From the NCBI RefSeq assembly GCF_009914755.1, contig NC_060932.1: a DNA stretch of 64,000 bases; one strand, written 5' to 3'. This DNA comes from the human T2T-CHM13v2.0 reference genome, Homo sapiens. The notes below the pieces were generated by a model. The model saw only the letters and a program-made list of their open reading frames with translations. It did not search any database and had not been told where the DNA came from. Positions 45,230 through 64,000 of the stretch are shown piece after piece. Numbering within the stretch: position 1 is the stretch's first letter; every line of letters starts with the position of its first letter. The position numbers and the translations under genes are program-made.

Positions 45230-45785
45230 GCCTGATACAGTTATGACCTCCACACTTAAAATTCCATTATGAACATCCTGTACAGAATTTCAAATAATTT
45301 ATATAAATACTCCACCCTAAAGGAAGACTGTACATCATGACTTCCTTCTAATGAGTACAATGTAGAAAGGAGAGGAAAGTAACTGTACAGTGAAGAAACT
45401 TGACAAACACTACTTCAGCCAGGTGATCAATATCAACAGTCAGAAATCATGTTGATGGTATGTACCCTTGATATGATGTGATAAAGATGGTGATTTGCCT
45501 CTGTGACCTTCCTCCCAAAAATCCATATCCCCAGTATATATGTAAGAATAACATCAAACAAGTTCCAATAGAGGGGTGTCTTACAACCTACCTGACCAGA
45601 ACTCCTCAAAATTGTCAAGGTCATCAAAAATAAGAAAAGACTGAGAAACTGCCACAGAGGAGCCTGAGGACACATGATGATTAAATGTGAGATCCAGGAT
45701 GGGATCCTGGAACAGAAAAAAGAAATTGGGTAAAAACTAAGGAAATCTGAATAAACTAGGACTTGAATTAATAATATATATATAT
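45230..45785 (+). mobile_element. L1MC-like 3'UTR fragment
   Basis: tacagtgaagaaacttgacaaacactac...gatgggatcctggaacagaaaaa. Confidence 0.7.
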
Positions 45786-45789
45786 TTCT

Positions 45790-46380
45790 TTTTTTCTCAG
45801 ACAGGGTCTTACTCTGTCGCCTAGGCTAGAGTGCAGTGGAGCAATCTTGGCTCACTGCAACCACCACCTCCCAGGCAAGTGATCCTCCCACCTCAGCCTC
45901 CCGAGTAGCTGGGACTACAGGCATGCAGCCACCACACCCAGCTAATTTTTGTATTTTTAGCAGAGACGGGGCTTTGCCATGTTGGCAAGGCTGGTCTTGA
46001 ACTCCTGACCTCAGGTGATCCACCTGCCTCAGCCTCCCAAATTGCTGGGATTACAGGCATGAGCCACTGTGCCCAGCCTCATTTTTTTTTTTTTAAGACC
46101 AAGTCTTGCTGTGACGTCCAGGCTGGAGTACAACAGCATGATCTTGCCTCACTGCAACCTCCTCTTCCTGGGTTCAAGTGATTCTCCTGCTTCAGCCTCC
46201 TGAGTAGCTAGGAAAGACTACAGGCATGCACCACCACACCTGGCTAATTTTTGTATATTTAGGAGAGACAGGGTTTCACCATGTTGGCCAGGCTGGTGTC
46301 GAACTCCTGACCTTAAGTGATCTGCCCACCTCGTCCTCCCAAAGTGCTGGGATTACAGGTGTGAGCCACAATGCCCGGCC
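45790..46380 (-). mobile_element. Two tandem Alus followed by a short minus-strand L1 fragment (46381-46550)
   Basis: Dimers 45790-46078 and 46082-46380; ctgatgattagtgatgttgag...ttggccatttgtatgtcttc L1 motif. Confidence 0.9.
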
Positions 46381-46610
46381 TCATTTTGGTTTTAATTACA
46401 CTTCCCTGATGATTAGTGATGTTGAGTATTTTTTTCATATACCTGTTGGCCATTTGTATGTCTTCTTTTGAGAAATCTCTTTTCAGGTCCTCTGTTCATT
46501 TTTAATCAGGTTGTGTTCATGCATTTGAGTTGTTCGAGTTCCTTATATATTTAAGAGATGTTATTAATCTCTTAATATGTACTTAATTAATTATAAAAAT
46601 TACAAGTTAT

Positions 46611-46739
46611 GGCCAGCCGCAGTGGCTCATGTCTGTAACCTCAGCCCTTTGAGAGGCCGAAGTGGGCGGATCACCTGAGGTCAGGAGTTCAAGACCAGCC
46701 TGGCAAACATGGTGAAACCCCGTCTCTACTAATAATACA
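46611..46739 (+). mobile_element. Alu left arm only (ends in the linker)
   Basis: Stops at ctctactaataataca with no right arm or tail. Confidence 0.9.
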
Positions 46740-47055
46740 GCTTTCTCCTTTCACATTCCTATTTCTTGGAGACAGTTTTTGAGGAGCATGTACAAAGAAA
46801 TCTTCTGTTGGTTAACGGCCTTGAAATTGTGTGTGGATTAACAATTAGTCTGAGTCCAGAGATGGAGGAAATGCTCTCCTGATTGGCTAGCGTTGCACTC
46901 CAGGAATTAACTAGAAGAGATAGACTGTCCCTCCAGGTGGACAAGGAATGCTCTGGAATCTGTCAGCCTGAGTCTTTTGAAACCCCTTTTGGGTAAAACT
47001 GAAAAGGGAGACACACAACAAGATGCTATGCTGACATTTTATCCCTAACTTCACC

Positions 47056-47390
<335 letters not shown>

Positions 47391-47667
47391 TAAGATTAAG
47401 AATGTCTTCACCTATTTCAGTTAGGATGAAAGATTAAAAATACACTTTACTTTTAAATACTTTTGTCTGCCTGTTACCGGCAGATTGCCAAGTGTTTATC
47501 ACCCTAAACCTATCTAAGATTTTATATAAGATTAGGAAGATCCCAATAATAAATATAAGATTTATATTGATATATTATGTAATATATTACATAATATATA
47601 AGATTGATTATATTCAATCTTATATTGAATACAAATATGCATGAACCTTAAATATGTTAAAATGAGG

Positions 47668-48305
<638 letters not shown>

Positions 48306-48635
48306 CTATTTCCTTGTCCCCAGAAATAGAAGATGAAAAGTCATCTCAAGGAAATTATCTTATTGTAGCCCTAATTTCCATAGGAGAAAAGTCTTCTTCC
48401 CCTAAATGTAGGGTGTCTACCTTTGAGATTCGAGTAATCTGACAGTGACTGAAAGCTAATAACTCTACCCCAAATTTCACCCTGCAGCTGAAAGCCCATA
48501 CAGAATGGAGGTCCCAGGAGGTCATAAAACCATAGTAGTTAATAGTGTACGGAGAGTGGGGTGGCTTTTAAGGGCTAAGGAAACTCAGCTGGAAACACTC
48601 CTGGATTAGTCCATATCCAATCAGGTATCAGCCTC

Positions 48636-48731
48636 TTTTTTCTTTTTTTGAGATGGAGTCTTGCTCTGTCACCCAGGCTGGAGTGCAATGGCATGATCTT
48701 CGCTCACTGCAGCCTCTGCCTCCTGGGTTCA
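48636..48731 (-). mobile_element. Short 5'-truncated Alu
   Basis: Only the 3' ~80 bp plus T tract. Confidence 0.85.
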
Positions 48732-49000
48732 TGCTTTATGTCTCTATAGAATTGAGGAAGAAGGTTTTTGTGGCCAGAAGCTTGGGTGCTGGTTTCAAAA
48801 CGTGGGACCCTCCCACCCCAGCTAGCCCTTTTACTCTTTCTCCTCTCTGAGTCTTGGTTTCCTCATCTGCCAGATGGGTGTTCTCAGTCTTGGCTGCACA
48901 TAAGAATCAGTCAGGGAACTTTGAACACTGATGCTCAGGCCCTACTTCCAGAGATTCTAATTCACTTGATCTGGGTGGGGCTTAGGCATTGCAAATTTTA

Positions 49001-50159
<1,159 letters not shown>

Positions 50160-50228
50160 CTATCCCAATGTGGTCCCTGGACTGGCAGAATTGGCTCCAC
50201 CTGGGAGGTTGTTAAAACTGCAAACTCG

Positions 50229-50583
<355 letters not shown>

Positions 50584-51228
50584 TTAACAAGACCCCTGCC
50601 CACCACCACCAGGTGATTCATGTGCACGTTAAAATTTGGAAAGCTCTGCTCCAAGCCTCCCAGCCTCTCTAGCAGACTAGTTTTGTGACCTCTGTTCTTT
50701 CCTTCCTGGGCCACCAGGTGATTGTAGTAATCAGTGTCCATGAACCAAGGTTTACCCCACACTGGAAAACTGGCTCTCAGTTAGTGGCTGAACAGGATAT
50801 TGGAAAATACCGCTGCAAAGTCTTACAAGAAGTTTGTTTGGCGATAGTTAATTACACAGTAATTTGGAAGAACATCAGGTCATTTTAGAGTTGTTTTACC
50901 TACTGTCCAGAAGCAAAAAAAAAAAAAGGTATTTAGGTCTTAACCTACAGCCAATTCTGAAACATTCTGTACTTTGCAAAAACCACGTCAGGCAAGCCAT
51001 GCAGTTTACATTTAAAGCAGTCACTGCAGAGAAGCTGCTCATGAGAATCACCTGGGAAGGTTTTAAAACTCCTGATATGCAGGTCCCCAACACAGGCCAA
51101 ATCAATCAGCATCTTGGTAGCTTTTTAAGCTCCCCAGGTGATTCTAATAGCCAAAGTTGAGTGTCGCTGGTATAGCGATTTTACTATTGTTATCATGTTT
51201 CAGATGTACCAAAAAAAATCCTGTTTTT

Positions 51229-51572
<344 letters not shown>

Positions 51573-51665
51573 CTATGCATTGTCATTGATAGAGTAGCCC
51601 TGTGCTGAGTATCTTAATGTTTCAAGCACCAATAGCAGGATTCGAGAGAAGTTGCCTACCCATGA

Positions 51666-52107
<442 letters not shown>

Positions 52108-52770
52108 TACAGTAACATTTTAAACAGGACCTTTTTTCCCTGCCGGTAGATTTCAAGAAGTAGGTCATTGGATAGGTAGGTTTGACTTTTTCTCTTGGCC
52201 CACAAATCCATGACAATGGCACTAATAAGTTAGGCAACAGATATCTACTGATAATGGTGCCCAGCAGTTAAGGGAGGAGCTGGAGAAGAAGCCCAAGGCC
52301 TCCAGGTTTTGACCAATGAGAAAAGGCATCCATAAATGGGATAGTTAACAAACAGTGCAGGGCAGAGTATAATCAAGGTTCCTGTGGTGGTAAGATCAGC
52401 AAGGACTGCAGAAATTCAGAGGAAGGAAAAATCAGTGCCCGCTGGAATAGGACAGAGAAGCTTTGCAACAAAGATGGTGGATGGAGGGGGTAAGGAGGGT
52501 CTTGGAGGAGGTAAACAATTTATATAATGTTCTTATCACTATTTAATACGTAGAATACTATTTATTACATTTACCAGGCATTGTGCTGATTTCCATGTAT
52601 TGTCTTATTTACTCCACTCAACATCATAAGGTAAAGACTACAATTATCCCCATTCTGTAGAAGATGATTACTGAGGCGCAGAGAAGTTAAATAACTTGCC
52701 CAAGGTCACAATGCAGGCAAGTGACAGAGGAGGGTTTGAACCTGGTCTGTGTGCCTCCCAAGGCCATGCA

Positions 52771-52910
52771 TATACTATACTATACTATACTATACTATAC
52801 TATACTGTACTGTACTGTACTGTACTGTACTTTGCTGTGCTGTGCTGTGCTGTACTGTACTATACTATACTATACTATACTATACTATACTATACTATAC
52901 TATACTATAC
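52771..52910 (+). repeat. (TATAC)n / (TGTAC)n / (TGTGC)n pentamer array between two MIRs
   Basis: Read directly. Confidence 0.97.
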
Positions 52911-53100
52911 TGAATATCCACCATACTATGTTGAATATCCACTTAACACTTATCAAATGTGTGCCTGCAGGCACTTCCCTAACATTCTACATTATCCCAT
53001 TTAATCCTCAAGACAACACTTTCAGGTAGGCAGTCCAATTATTTTCAAGTTCTGGATAAGGAAATGTGGGCCTAGAGGGGTAAAGTAACTTGCCTGAGGT

Positions 53101-53278
53101 CTAGGTTGCCAGGTAAAATACTAGACACCCAGATAAATGTAATAAATAATAAATAATCTCTTAGTAGAAATATTGCATGGGATGTACTCATACTAAAATT
53201 CATTGTTTATCTGCCATTCAGATTTAAATAGGTATCCAGTTTGCATTTGTTTGTTTTTGCTAAATTTGGCAATCTTAC
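53101..53278. mobile_element. MER53 MITE inserted in a MIR
   Basis: ggttgccaggtaaaatac...tttgctaaatttggcaatc inverted ends. Confidence 0.8.
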
Positions 53279-54417
53279 CAAGGTCACCCTGCAAAGCGAG
53301 GTTTGAATCAGGTGGTCTGACTGAGGGCCCACACTCATAACCACCGCATTCCAGATTGGCTGGAGAAGAAGGGTCAGCGCTAATACCAGCATGTGTGGGA
53401 GGAAGTGAGTGGACCTTTCCTCCTAGGATTTGCGCTTAGATTGAGGAAACCTGAGAAGGAGCAATGGATTCCTTCCCTCCCCTCCCCTGCTCTCCCCAGC
53501 TCCCTTGATACTGCGGCTACACCCACCTGCTGGTGGCGATAGAGTTAAAGGCCCTGGGCTATGCAGTCCCAGCCTTTAGTAACAAGTGCTTGGTTCTGAC
53601 ACCAAGAACAGAAGGAAGAGGAAAACAGGAAAAAATGAGTCAGTATGGGATCTGCAGACACTATCACATGCACATCTTCCTGTATAAATTGCAGGACCTC
53701 CCACGGGTAGATGCCTGTACCTACAAAACGATCACAGAAACCTGCAGCAAAACCACAGCAGCTGCACTTATGTGACCATCTTGTGGGCTGCTATTAGCAA
53801 GGGAACTAGAACGAGGTCAGGGAGGCTTTAGACCAGTCAGCTAATGTAGACCCAGGGCCCATCAACCACGTGGCCATGCCGCCAGTGTCAAATACAGAAG
53901 CAGGAGACCTGAGAAACTGTGGCACCTCCAAGGTAAATGTTGCACTCAGTTCCAATGCTTCGGCCATGGAAATCTGGCTTGGCATGCAAGCAGCAGGGCA
54001 CTGCAGCTGCAGAAACAAACGTTCCTGTGGTTAAAGGGGGTGAGCACTTACATAATTGAACATCAAGCAAATACAGAACAGATCTGAGAGCTTAATAGGA
54101 CCAGTGTTATTCTCAGGAACAAGCAAGAAGAATTAGCAATAAGAAGCAGAAGCGGAGAAATATTCCCTGTTGTGGAGGAACAGGGATTCATAAAAGAATT
54201 CACCATATAAAAAGGTACACATACACATTTATGCTTGGTAAAGCTATGCAGTACATTGTATAGTTTATATTTACTGGTATTTTTTAGTTATTTTTATTGT
54301 TTCCTTTCTTTGTTCTCTAAAGGCCTGAGTGAAAGAACCCCTTGAGGTGGGATATACACACCCTGTGAAATGCTGAGTTGTGTCCCAAAGATGCCAAACA
54401 TTGTCAGCCTAGATCTT

Positions 54418-55560
<1,143 letters not shown>

Positions 55561-55861
55561 TGAGTTATTTCTTTAAAACATGGATTGTTTAGATCATGAT
55601 TAGTTGCATAGAACATAAAATTACAAAAGTTCACTGCGTTTTGTGATCTATTTCTGAACTGTTTTCCAAATTCTTCTTTCCTGACCTGTTTCTCCCATCA
55701 CAGGCTATACCTGCTTTTCTCTTTGCAGATTCTGGTTTAGACTGTGCATGCTTCTCTATTTTCATCTCTCTCCCAGCCCCTCTCTCACACTATGTGGGAC
55801 AATAGCCAACTCATCACCAGATGTTTTCAGTTCACGGGCTGTTTCTTTCATCTGGTCTCCC

Positions 55862-56052
55862 TATGGTGTGCTGGAGCTGCTCTAACTAGCTTAGACACTT
55901 CTAGTCCCAACTCCGTGTTCAGTGACATCATGTTGGTAGCTTGAGATTTGCTGCAGGAGGAGTATTTACACCATGGAAATTGGCAAGTGATACAATCACG
56001 GCTTTTGTCCCCCTCCTGGAATGCCAGTTGAACATTCACCAGCACACCATTG
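55862..56052. mobile_element. MER63-like hAT MITE
   Basis: Terminal inverted repeats atggtgtgctgg / ccagcacaccat. Confidence 0.75.
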
Positions 56053-56665
56053 TCATCTCCAGCTCTTTGCTTGGAAGATTTCTACTTATCCTCCAAGACA
56101 GAGTGCTTCTCTCTGAAGCTTTCTTGGACTCCTACAGAGGAACAGGGAGAAGAAAGCAATTCCTCTGTGCTAAGCATCTGGGCTGGGTGCTTTACATACA
56201 TAATTCTCATGCTTCTATTAGAGCAGTTGCATCATATTACAAGTATTTGTGATTGTCTCTCTGCTAAGTTCTAAGGGCAAATATTGCAATCTATATTCAC
56301 CTTTAAAACCCTATGTGCCTTCAAGATATCTTGTAAATTGTGAGTTCTTAGTGAATGTCACAGTGTTTAAGCAGGAACTAGGAGGAAAAGCTGCATTGCT
56401 TTGTTTCATCTGTCTCTAGCCTCCCAGAGAGTACCCCTTACACCATGAGCAATGCTAAATATTTTCCCAAGGTCTTCTGATAGGTGATTTTAAAAAAAAT
56501 CTACAACAAATCCATTCATACAAGGGTATTACCAGTATAATACTTCTGGAGTTTTTACAGATGTTAAAGGGGCTGTAGGAACAGATGTATAAAGATGGAA
56601 ATTTTAGGTCTCTGAAAGCCATGGGAGAAAGACATGTTGGTAAAAGGGGCTTTTCAGTGACCACG

Positions 56666-57262
<597 letters not shown>

Positions 57263-58224
57263 TGGAATTTATAAAGGTAGTTGCCTCCTCCTTGTTGTTC
57301 TTCTCCTTCATCTCCCTCACCCTCCTTGTTGTTCATCATCATCATCATCATTGAATCCTGGTGTAGAGCAGGGCTAGGCAAAGCTAAGAAACCATTCAAC
57401 TGACTTAAAGCTGTTTTGGGAAGCGTATAATTGTCCTTGTTTCACCTTCTCACTTTTCCTTAAATGTATTAAAGCATCAAAACATTATGAAAAAAGCTGT
57501 TTTCTGTTGTTTGGGATGCTTTGTAAATATGACTCTTTCACCCTCACCTCAGACAGTATTAATTTAACCTGATTTGAATAGATGCTGTGAAATGATTGGC
57601 TGAAAGGTCCTTCCATGTAATTTATTCAAGTCAACATCACCAAAAGTTAAGGTAGAGATAAAAAACTGTGTCGCCCTCATCCTTAAGAAAGCAATAGCAG
57701 ATACAGAAGCAACAGTAGAGTATGTCTGCTGTATTCTGAACCTCCTGCTGCACTAATACATTTCTGCAGCAACAGTAAAATACTCTGATCTTACTGCTTA
57801 TTGGCCAAAGAGTTGCAGCAATAAGATGAGAATAGAGATGATTATGGGCTGCAGAGGGGGTTTCCTGGAAGAGAGGAGACCTGGAGGACAGGTGGAATGG
57901 AGTACTGAGGCTGTCTTGAGAGAAGAAAGTAACTGGGGTAAACGGTGAGGGCAGCATTTCCCAATCTGTGTTTTGCAAAACAGCATTTGCCAAAAATAGT
58001 TCCAAGGCCAAAGAAGTTTGGGAAATACTGTGTATACCCATCATAAATTAGACTGTTACAGACTCTGAGGAGATCTGAAGTGAAGAAACTTGTTTAACTT
58101 TGTTTAACCTAAGTTTCCCTAATGTACAGGATCATGGAATCTGCTTTTTGGTAACACGCGTTAGCATCTTTCAGAATGTTCATGCTCTATGACTGGAACA
58201 CTGCTGGGAAGCACTAATTTATGA

Positions 58225-58428
58225 TTTTTTTTTTTGAGACAAGGTCTCGCTCTGTCACTCAGGCTGGAGTGTGGTGGTGCCATCACGGCTCACTGAAGCC
58301 TTGACTTTGCAGGCTCAGGTGATCCTCCCACCTCAGCCTCCCGAGTAGCTGGGACTAGAGACATGCCACCACGCCTGGCTAATTTTTGTATTTTTTGTAG
58401 AGACAATTTTAACCATGTTGTCCAGGCT
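58225..58428 (-). mobile_element. 5'-truncated AluJ-like element
   Basis: Right arm plus partial left arm. Confidence 0.88.
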
Positions 58429-59659
58429 TATTTGTGTAGTTTTTGAGACTTCAAAAGAGTTAATCATACTACTCAGTTCATGCTACCTTATCATCACATT
58501 TTTGGGAAGGTTTCTCTTATTTTATTTTATTTTACCCCTAACCCCTACCCCTGACCATAAGTTACTACTTTCACATTTTCATATATTTTCTTAAATATGC
58601 CTTTGTCTTATAAAGTGTATTGTGTTAGTGTATGTGCTATAAATGTTGTTTTTTGCTATTTTTTCTCAGTACTATATTTTAAAGAACTAAAATTATTGCC
58701 GTGCATGCATTTCATTTGTTGTTTTTATCACTGCACAAGACTCCATAGTATGCAATCCACCCATTTTATTCATCCTTTCCTCCACTACTGGAAACCGAGG
58801 TTGATAGCAAATAGTCACATGTACTAGATAATCATTTGAATATTTTACCTCTAGCCAATAAATAATAAACCTGGCCAATTGTGGCAAGCTGACCTGATCA
58901 AGTCCTAGCAGTGATGAAGAGTGAATTTCAGAAGAAGCAGCCTTCGGATAATTTGCTAGAGCAGAAGCTGAAAATCACTTAGCTCAACCCAAATCTGCCT
59001 CTGAAACTGTCATCTTTACGCAGTTTTCAAAATTGTGCTCTTGACATTAAAGTATGACTGTTAAAACATTTTCTTTAAAATGCAGAAAGGAATAGAAATG
59101 ATTTATTATTGACCTATGGCAAGTGGCCTTGAGCTAAGACTCAGGCAGTCTGTCCAGTTGAGCAGGTCAGGGAAGGAGGTGGGATGGAAATAAGGCCAGA
59201 TGAGTCTCCTGAGAGGCTCCTAAGGAGACAGGTTGACTTTCTCTCAGTTACCCACCCCCAGGACCATATACTTCCTGTTTGTAGGGCTAACCAAAGTATT
59301 TAATGCTAGGAATCTCAGACTTCAGGTAGTAACTAGGGAAGAGAATTATGTCAATTTGGGGGAGTCAAGAGGAATGCCAAACTCAGAGGAAACAGCTAAT
59401 GATGTTGAGCAGGAAGTTTCATAGAGTCCAAGAACTTCTGAGCAAAGAGGAAACTCCTCCAGGTAATGAAAGTACCTGGAACTTGTTCTCAACTTGGAAG
59501 TTCTTCACTTCCTTAAGAGTGTGTGATTGTGAAAACCCTCCTAATACTATCCTGCGCTTCAGGTGGACGGTGGTGAGCTGTGTTTCCAGGCAAAGGGGAG
59601 GACAGGACGCCTTGTGGCAGCCCAAGCTGTGAAAAATAGGTATTGAAAAAGAAGACATT

Positions 59660-60007
<348 letters not shown>

Positions 60008-61289
60008 TAACCAACATACATGAATATTGACAAAGAGACAGCTGAACTTAGAGAATGAACTTGGTGTATGTATAAATGGAGAGACTTTGAATTTTCTGTA
60101 ATTGGGGTGGAAAACCAGACAGCACAAACACTTGAGAGGATGAAAAGGGTTGCTGGACAACAGAAGAAAAGCAGCTGAGTTGAGCAACAGACAGCCTTCT
60201 GGATAACAATGTCTAAGGGTTTTTACCAGTTCACTGGTGACGATTGCATAGAGTTCATTTTATTACTTACATCTAGAAAGCTCTAAGTCAAAAAACCTCT
60301 TTAGATACCCATAATGTAGAAGTCACTACACCTACAAATTGTAGCCCAGACTAAAGACCAGAGTGAAAAGGTCAGGTGAGCAGCCAAGTTACAGATGGAG
60401 GTCTTAACAAAGCTTATTTTTGGTGGGGTCTGTTGCATGTTGGATTATTCTAGGAAGAAAAAGCTAAATATTGGGCCTAGTACAAATGTTTATTGGATTA
60501 GATTTCATTTGGTGTTGCTTAAATCAGAGAAAAAAACATCCCTCTGTCTCAAGTGTGAGATTTCTGTGTTCATGCCTTTGGTTCTGGGTCTTTAGCTCTG
60601 TCCCAGAATGATATAGTCAAATGAAGCTGTGCTGAGGCGGGCCTCTGGTATAATGCAGCACCCAGCCACACGCATGAATCTAGCCAAACACATCCAGGCT
60701 TGCCAGATGTTTCAGCAGAACACACAATCCATCTGTTCATTTGGCACTTTGCTGATGCATGTGGGAAAGCTCACAGATGCCAGGGCCTGGCTTCCAGCAC
60801 TAGCGACAATAGTAATGACTTAAGAGAGATATTTATTTTGTGTATTTACTCAGATGTTTGGAAATGAGCTTTGGAAAAATCAATAAAGATAACAAACTGC
60901 AGGGAAACTTCAAGATAATCAGTTCCTTCTCCTTGGTGTTGAACAATAATTATCCTGTAATTCTCCCATTTTGAAGGAAAAAAAGTTTTTTCTTAAGCGT
61001 TTCTAGTCAGACCTGAGTCTAAAATGCAATCAACCCCTCTCTCTCCTTTCTTACTATATATCTACAAATATGTATCTATATGCATATACCTATATCTATA
61101 TACATACCTATATACACATACATATATATTAATATACGACATATATGTGCGTGAGTGTATACACATCTTATTGGTTATATGGGGAGGTAGAGAAAATATA
61201 AGTTATGATCTTTGTCTATTTCTGAGAAAGATTTTTTTGATCTAAGTTCTTAGGAAGTTCTACTAATTACCCCTTCCTACTAGGGTTTC

Positions 61290-61612
<323 letters not shown>

Positions 61613-62314
61613 CCCTACTAGGGTTTCTTAGTGGAGTGGTCTGCAATGAGGGATCAGGATGCCTGAATCTTTCTCCCCATAGTGCTAGAAAGAAGCTGTA
61701 ACCTTGCGGAAGTGATTAATTTCTCTGGATTCAGTTTCTTCAGTTACACAATGGACTAGAGGACACTCAAGGATGTGGCTACTGCAGACTTTCTGGGGCT
61801 CTGACTCCCTTCTTGATCAATCTCTCTTTTCCCCCCAACCCCCACCGCCTTTCCACTTAGAGCCCTCTGAGTGAAAAATGTGTGAACATTGGTGGTCTTC
61901 TTCCCATCTGTCATTCTGTGTGAGGAAGGAGTATAGAGACCACCCAGCAGCCATGCCCCCTTCTAGTGTAGCGGCACTCTGCATTCCTTTAGGGGAATGC
62001 ACTCTCTGTCCATGTGCTTGGGGTGGGGGAGCTCTGACTCAGACTCCAGGCCAGGACAATCAGTGACCCCAACACCCAGGACCCATAACTGGCCCAATCA
62101 AAGTGAATCCCAAAACTTCTGCTCTCCCAAGAAGAGACTGCCTTTCCACCTGCAGCTGGGGGGCTGTGGAGCTAGTGGTGCTATAGTCAGTTTATCACCA
62201 AAGGAGAGGGAATGTCTATCTCAGAAAGGAGCCAACAAAGACAAGAGCTGGAGAAACATAAACAGATTTGATGACATAATTTGAGTGCCTGAAGTCTTGG
62301 ACTTTTCAGGCTTT

Positions 62315-62625
62315 TTGGTTTGTTTGTTTTTGAGACAGGGTCCCACTCTGTCGCCCAGGCTGGAGTACAGTGGCTCGATCATGGCTCACTGCAGCATCAT
62401 CCTCCCTGGGCTCAGAAGATCCTCCTGCCTCAGCCTCCCGAGTAGCTGGGACTACAAGGTGCACCACCACGCATGGCAAATTTTTAAGTTGTTTGCAGAG
62501 ACGGGGTTTCATGATGTTGCCCAGGCTGATCTTGAACTCCTGGGCTCAAGCGATCCTCCTGCCTTGACCTCCCAAAGTACTGGGATTACAGGTGTGATAC
62601 AGGTGTGAGCTACTGCACCTGGCCC
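62315..62625 (-). mobile_element. AluJ-like element in an old MLT1-like LTR (~61900-62710)
   Basis: TSD gacttttcag. Confidence 0.88.
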
Positions 62626-63210
62626 AGACTTTTCAGTTATTAAACCATCAGGCTTTCTTCTTGGCTTAACTTAGGTTGGGTTTTCTGTCACATGCAGAAA
62701 GAGCCCTAATTTTCCAGATTTTGTTTTAATAGCACCTAATTTTATTAAAAAGGACACAATAATCTCAAATGTTCATATTAATTGTTATATCCTGATGTAA
62801 CAAGCCAGTTTCTCTTCATTCACTGAGGGTCTATCTGAGCTTCTTCAGGTATTTTGAATCTTTTATCAATGTATGTGTAAGAAGATGGTAAAAAAAAAAT
62901 ACAAAAAAGGTAACTCAAAAATCTGTCAAACATCACAATAAAACCTGAAGAAATGAATTAAATCAGTGTTGGCGTTGCCCTACAGAACCACTGTAAGGAA
63001 CAAGCAACCCAGGAGCCCACTGAAAGAACTAGGGAAGTCTTGAAAGCCAAAGAGGAACCAATGATGGCTGCTGTCTTGTGACACTCAGTCGCTTAAGAAG
63101 CGTTTCCAAATATTCTTAAGTAAGCAGCATCTCATCTTAATCTTGTTTTGCAGTCATTATTGTAATAAAGGCTAAGTCAAAGAACCTGGGGAAAAAAACC
63201 AGTGTTCCTT

Positions 63211-63510
63211 GGCTGGGCATGGTGGCTTACACCTATAATCTCAACACTTTGGAAAGAGGCCGAGGCAGGCTATCACTTGAGGTCAGGAGTTTGAGACCAG
63301 CCTGGCCAACATGGTGAAACCCTGTTTCCACTACAAATCCAAAAATTAGCTGGGCATGGTGGCATGCGCCTATAATCCCACCTGCTTGGGTGGCTGAGGC
63401 ACGAGAATTGCTTGAACCCAGGAGGCAGAGGTTATAGTGAGCCAAGATCATGCCACTGCACTGCAGCCTGAGCTACAGAGCTGGACTCTGTCTGAAAAAC
63501 AAAATAAAAC
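63211..63510 (+). mobile_element. Alu
   Basis: TSD cagtgttcct. Confidence 0.93.
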
Positions 63511-63726
63511 AGTGTTCCTCTATTCCTTCTTATTGTTTTCTTTTATGTTTAATTGTTTTTTGTAGTGTACTGTTTTGATTCTTTTCTTATTTCCTTTTCT
63601 GTATTTTGTTAGTTACATTATTATTGGTTATCCTGGAGGTTACAATTCAACTCTTAAACATACAACAATCAATTTTGAATTCACATCACTTAGCTTCAAA
63701 CATATACAAAAACTCTGCTCCTATAG

Positions 63727-64000
<274 letters not shown>

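Noticed and set aside
53515-53790. CTCF-like motifs (ccagcaggtgg, ccacaagatgg on the minus strand)
   Set aside because: Only partial matches to the core; not supportable without a PWM scan or ChIP data.

Overview
Primate, very probably human, non-coding euchromatin (intergenic or deep intronic) dominated by transposable elements. There are roughly 55-60 Alu copies or fragments, old L1/L2/MIR relics, MaLR/ERVL/ERV1 solo LTRs and hAT MITEs. I find no intact protein-coding gene: the ORF track is almost entirely Alu, L1 or microsatellite artefact. The clearest features are a full-length processed RPL5 pseudogene (15551-16578, -), a Y4 RNA (RNY4) retrocopy (42452-42545, -), a young 5'-truncated SVA with a perfect 19-bp TSD (20465-21353, +), and a truncated L1PA with a probable micro 3'-transduction (49001-50107, -). 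I see no support for a new biological system. The interesting signals are records of retrotransposition and DNA repair, plus two speculative enhancer candidates. Repeat family names come from recalled consensus sequences, not a database search, and boundaries of old repeats are approximate.
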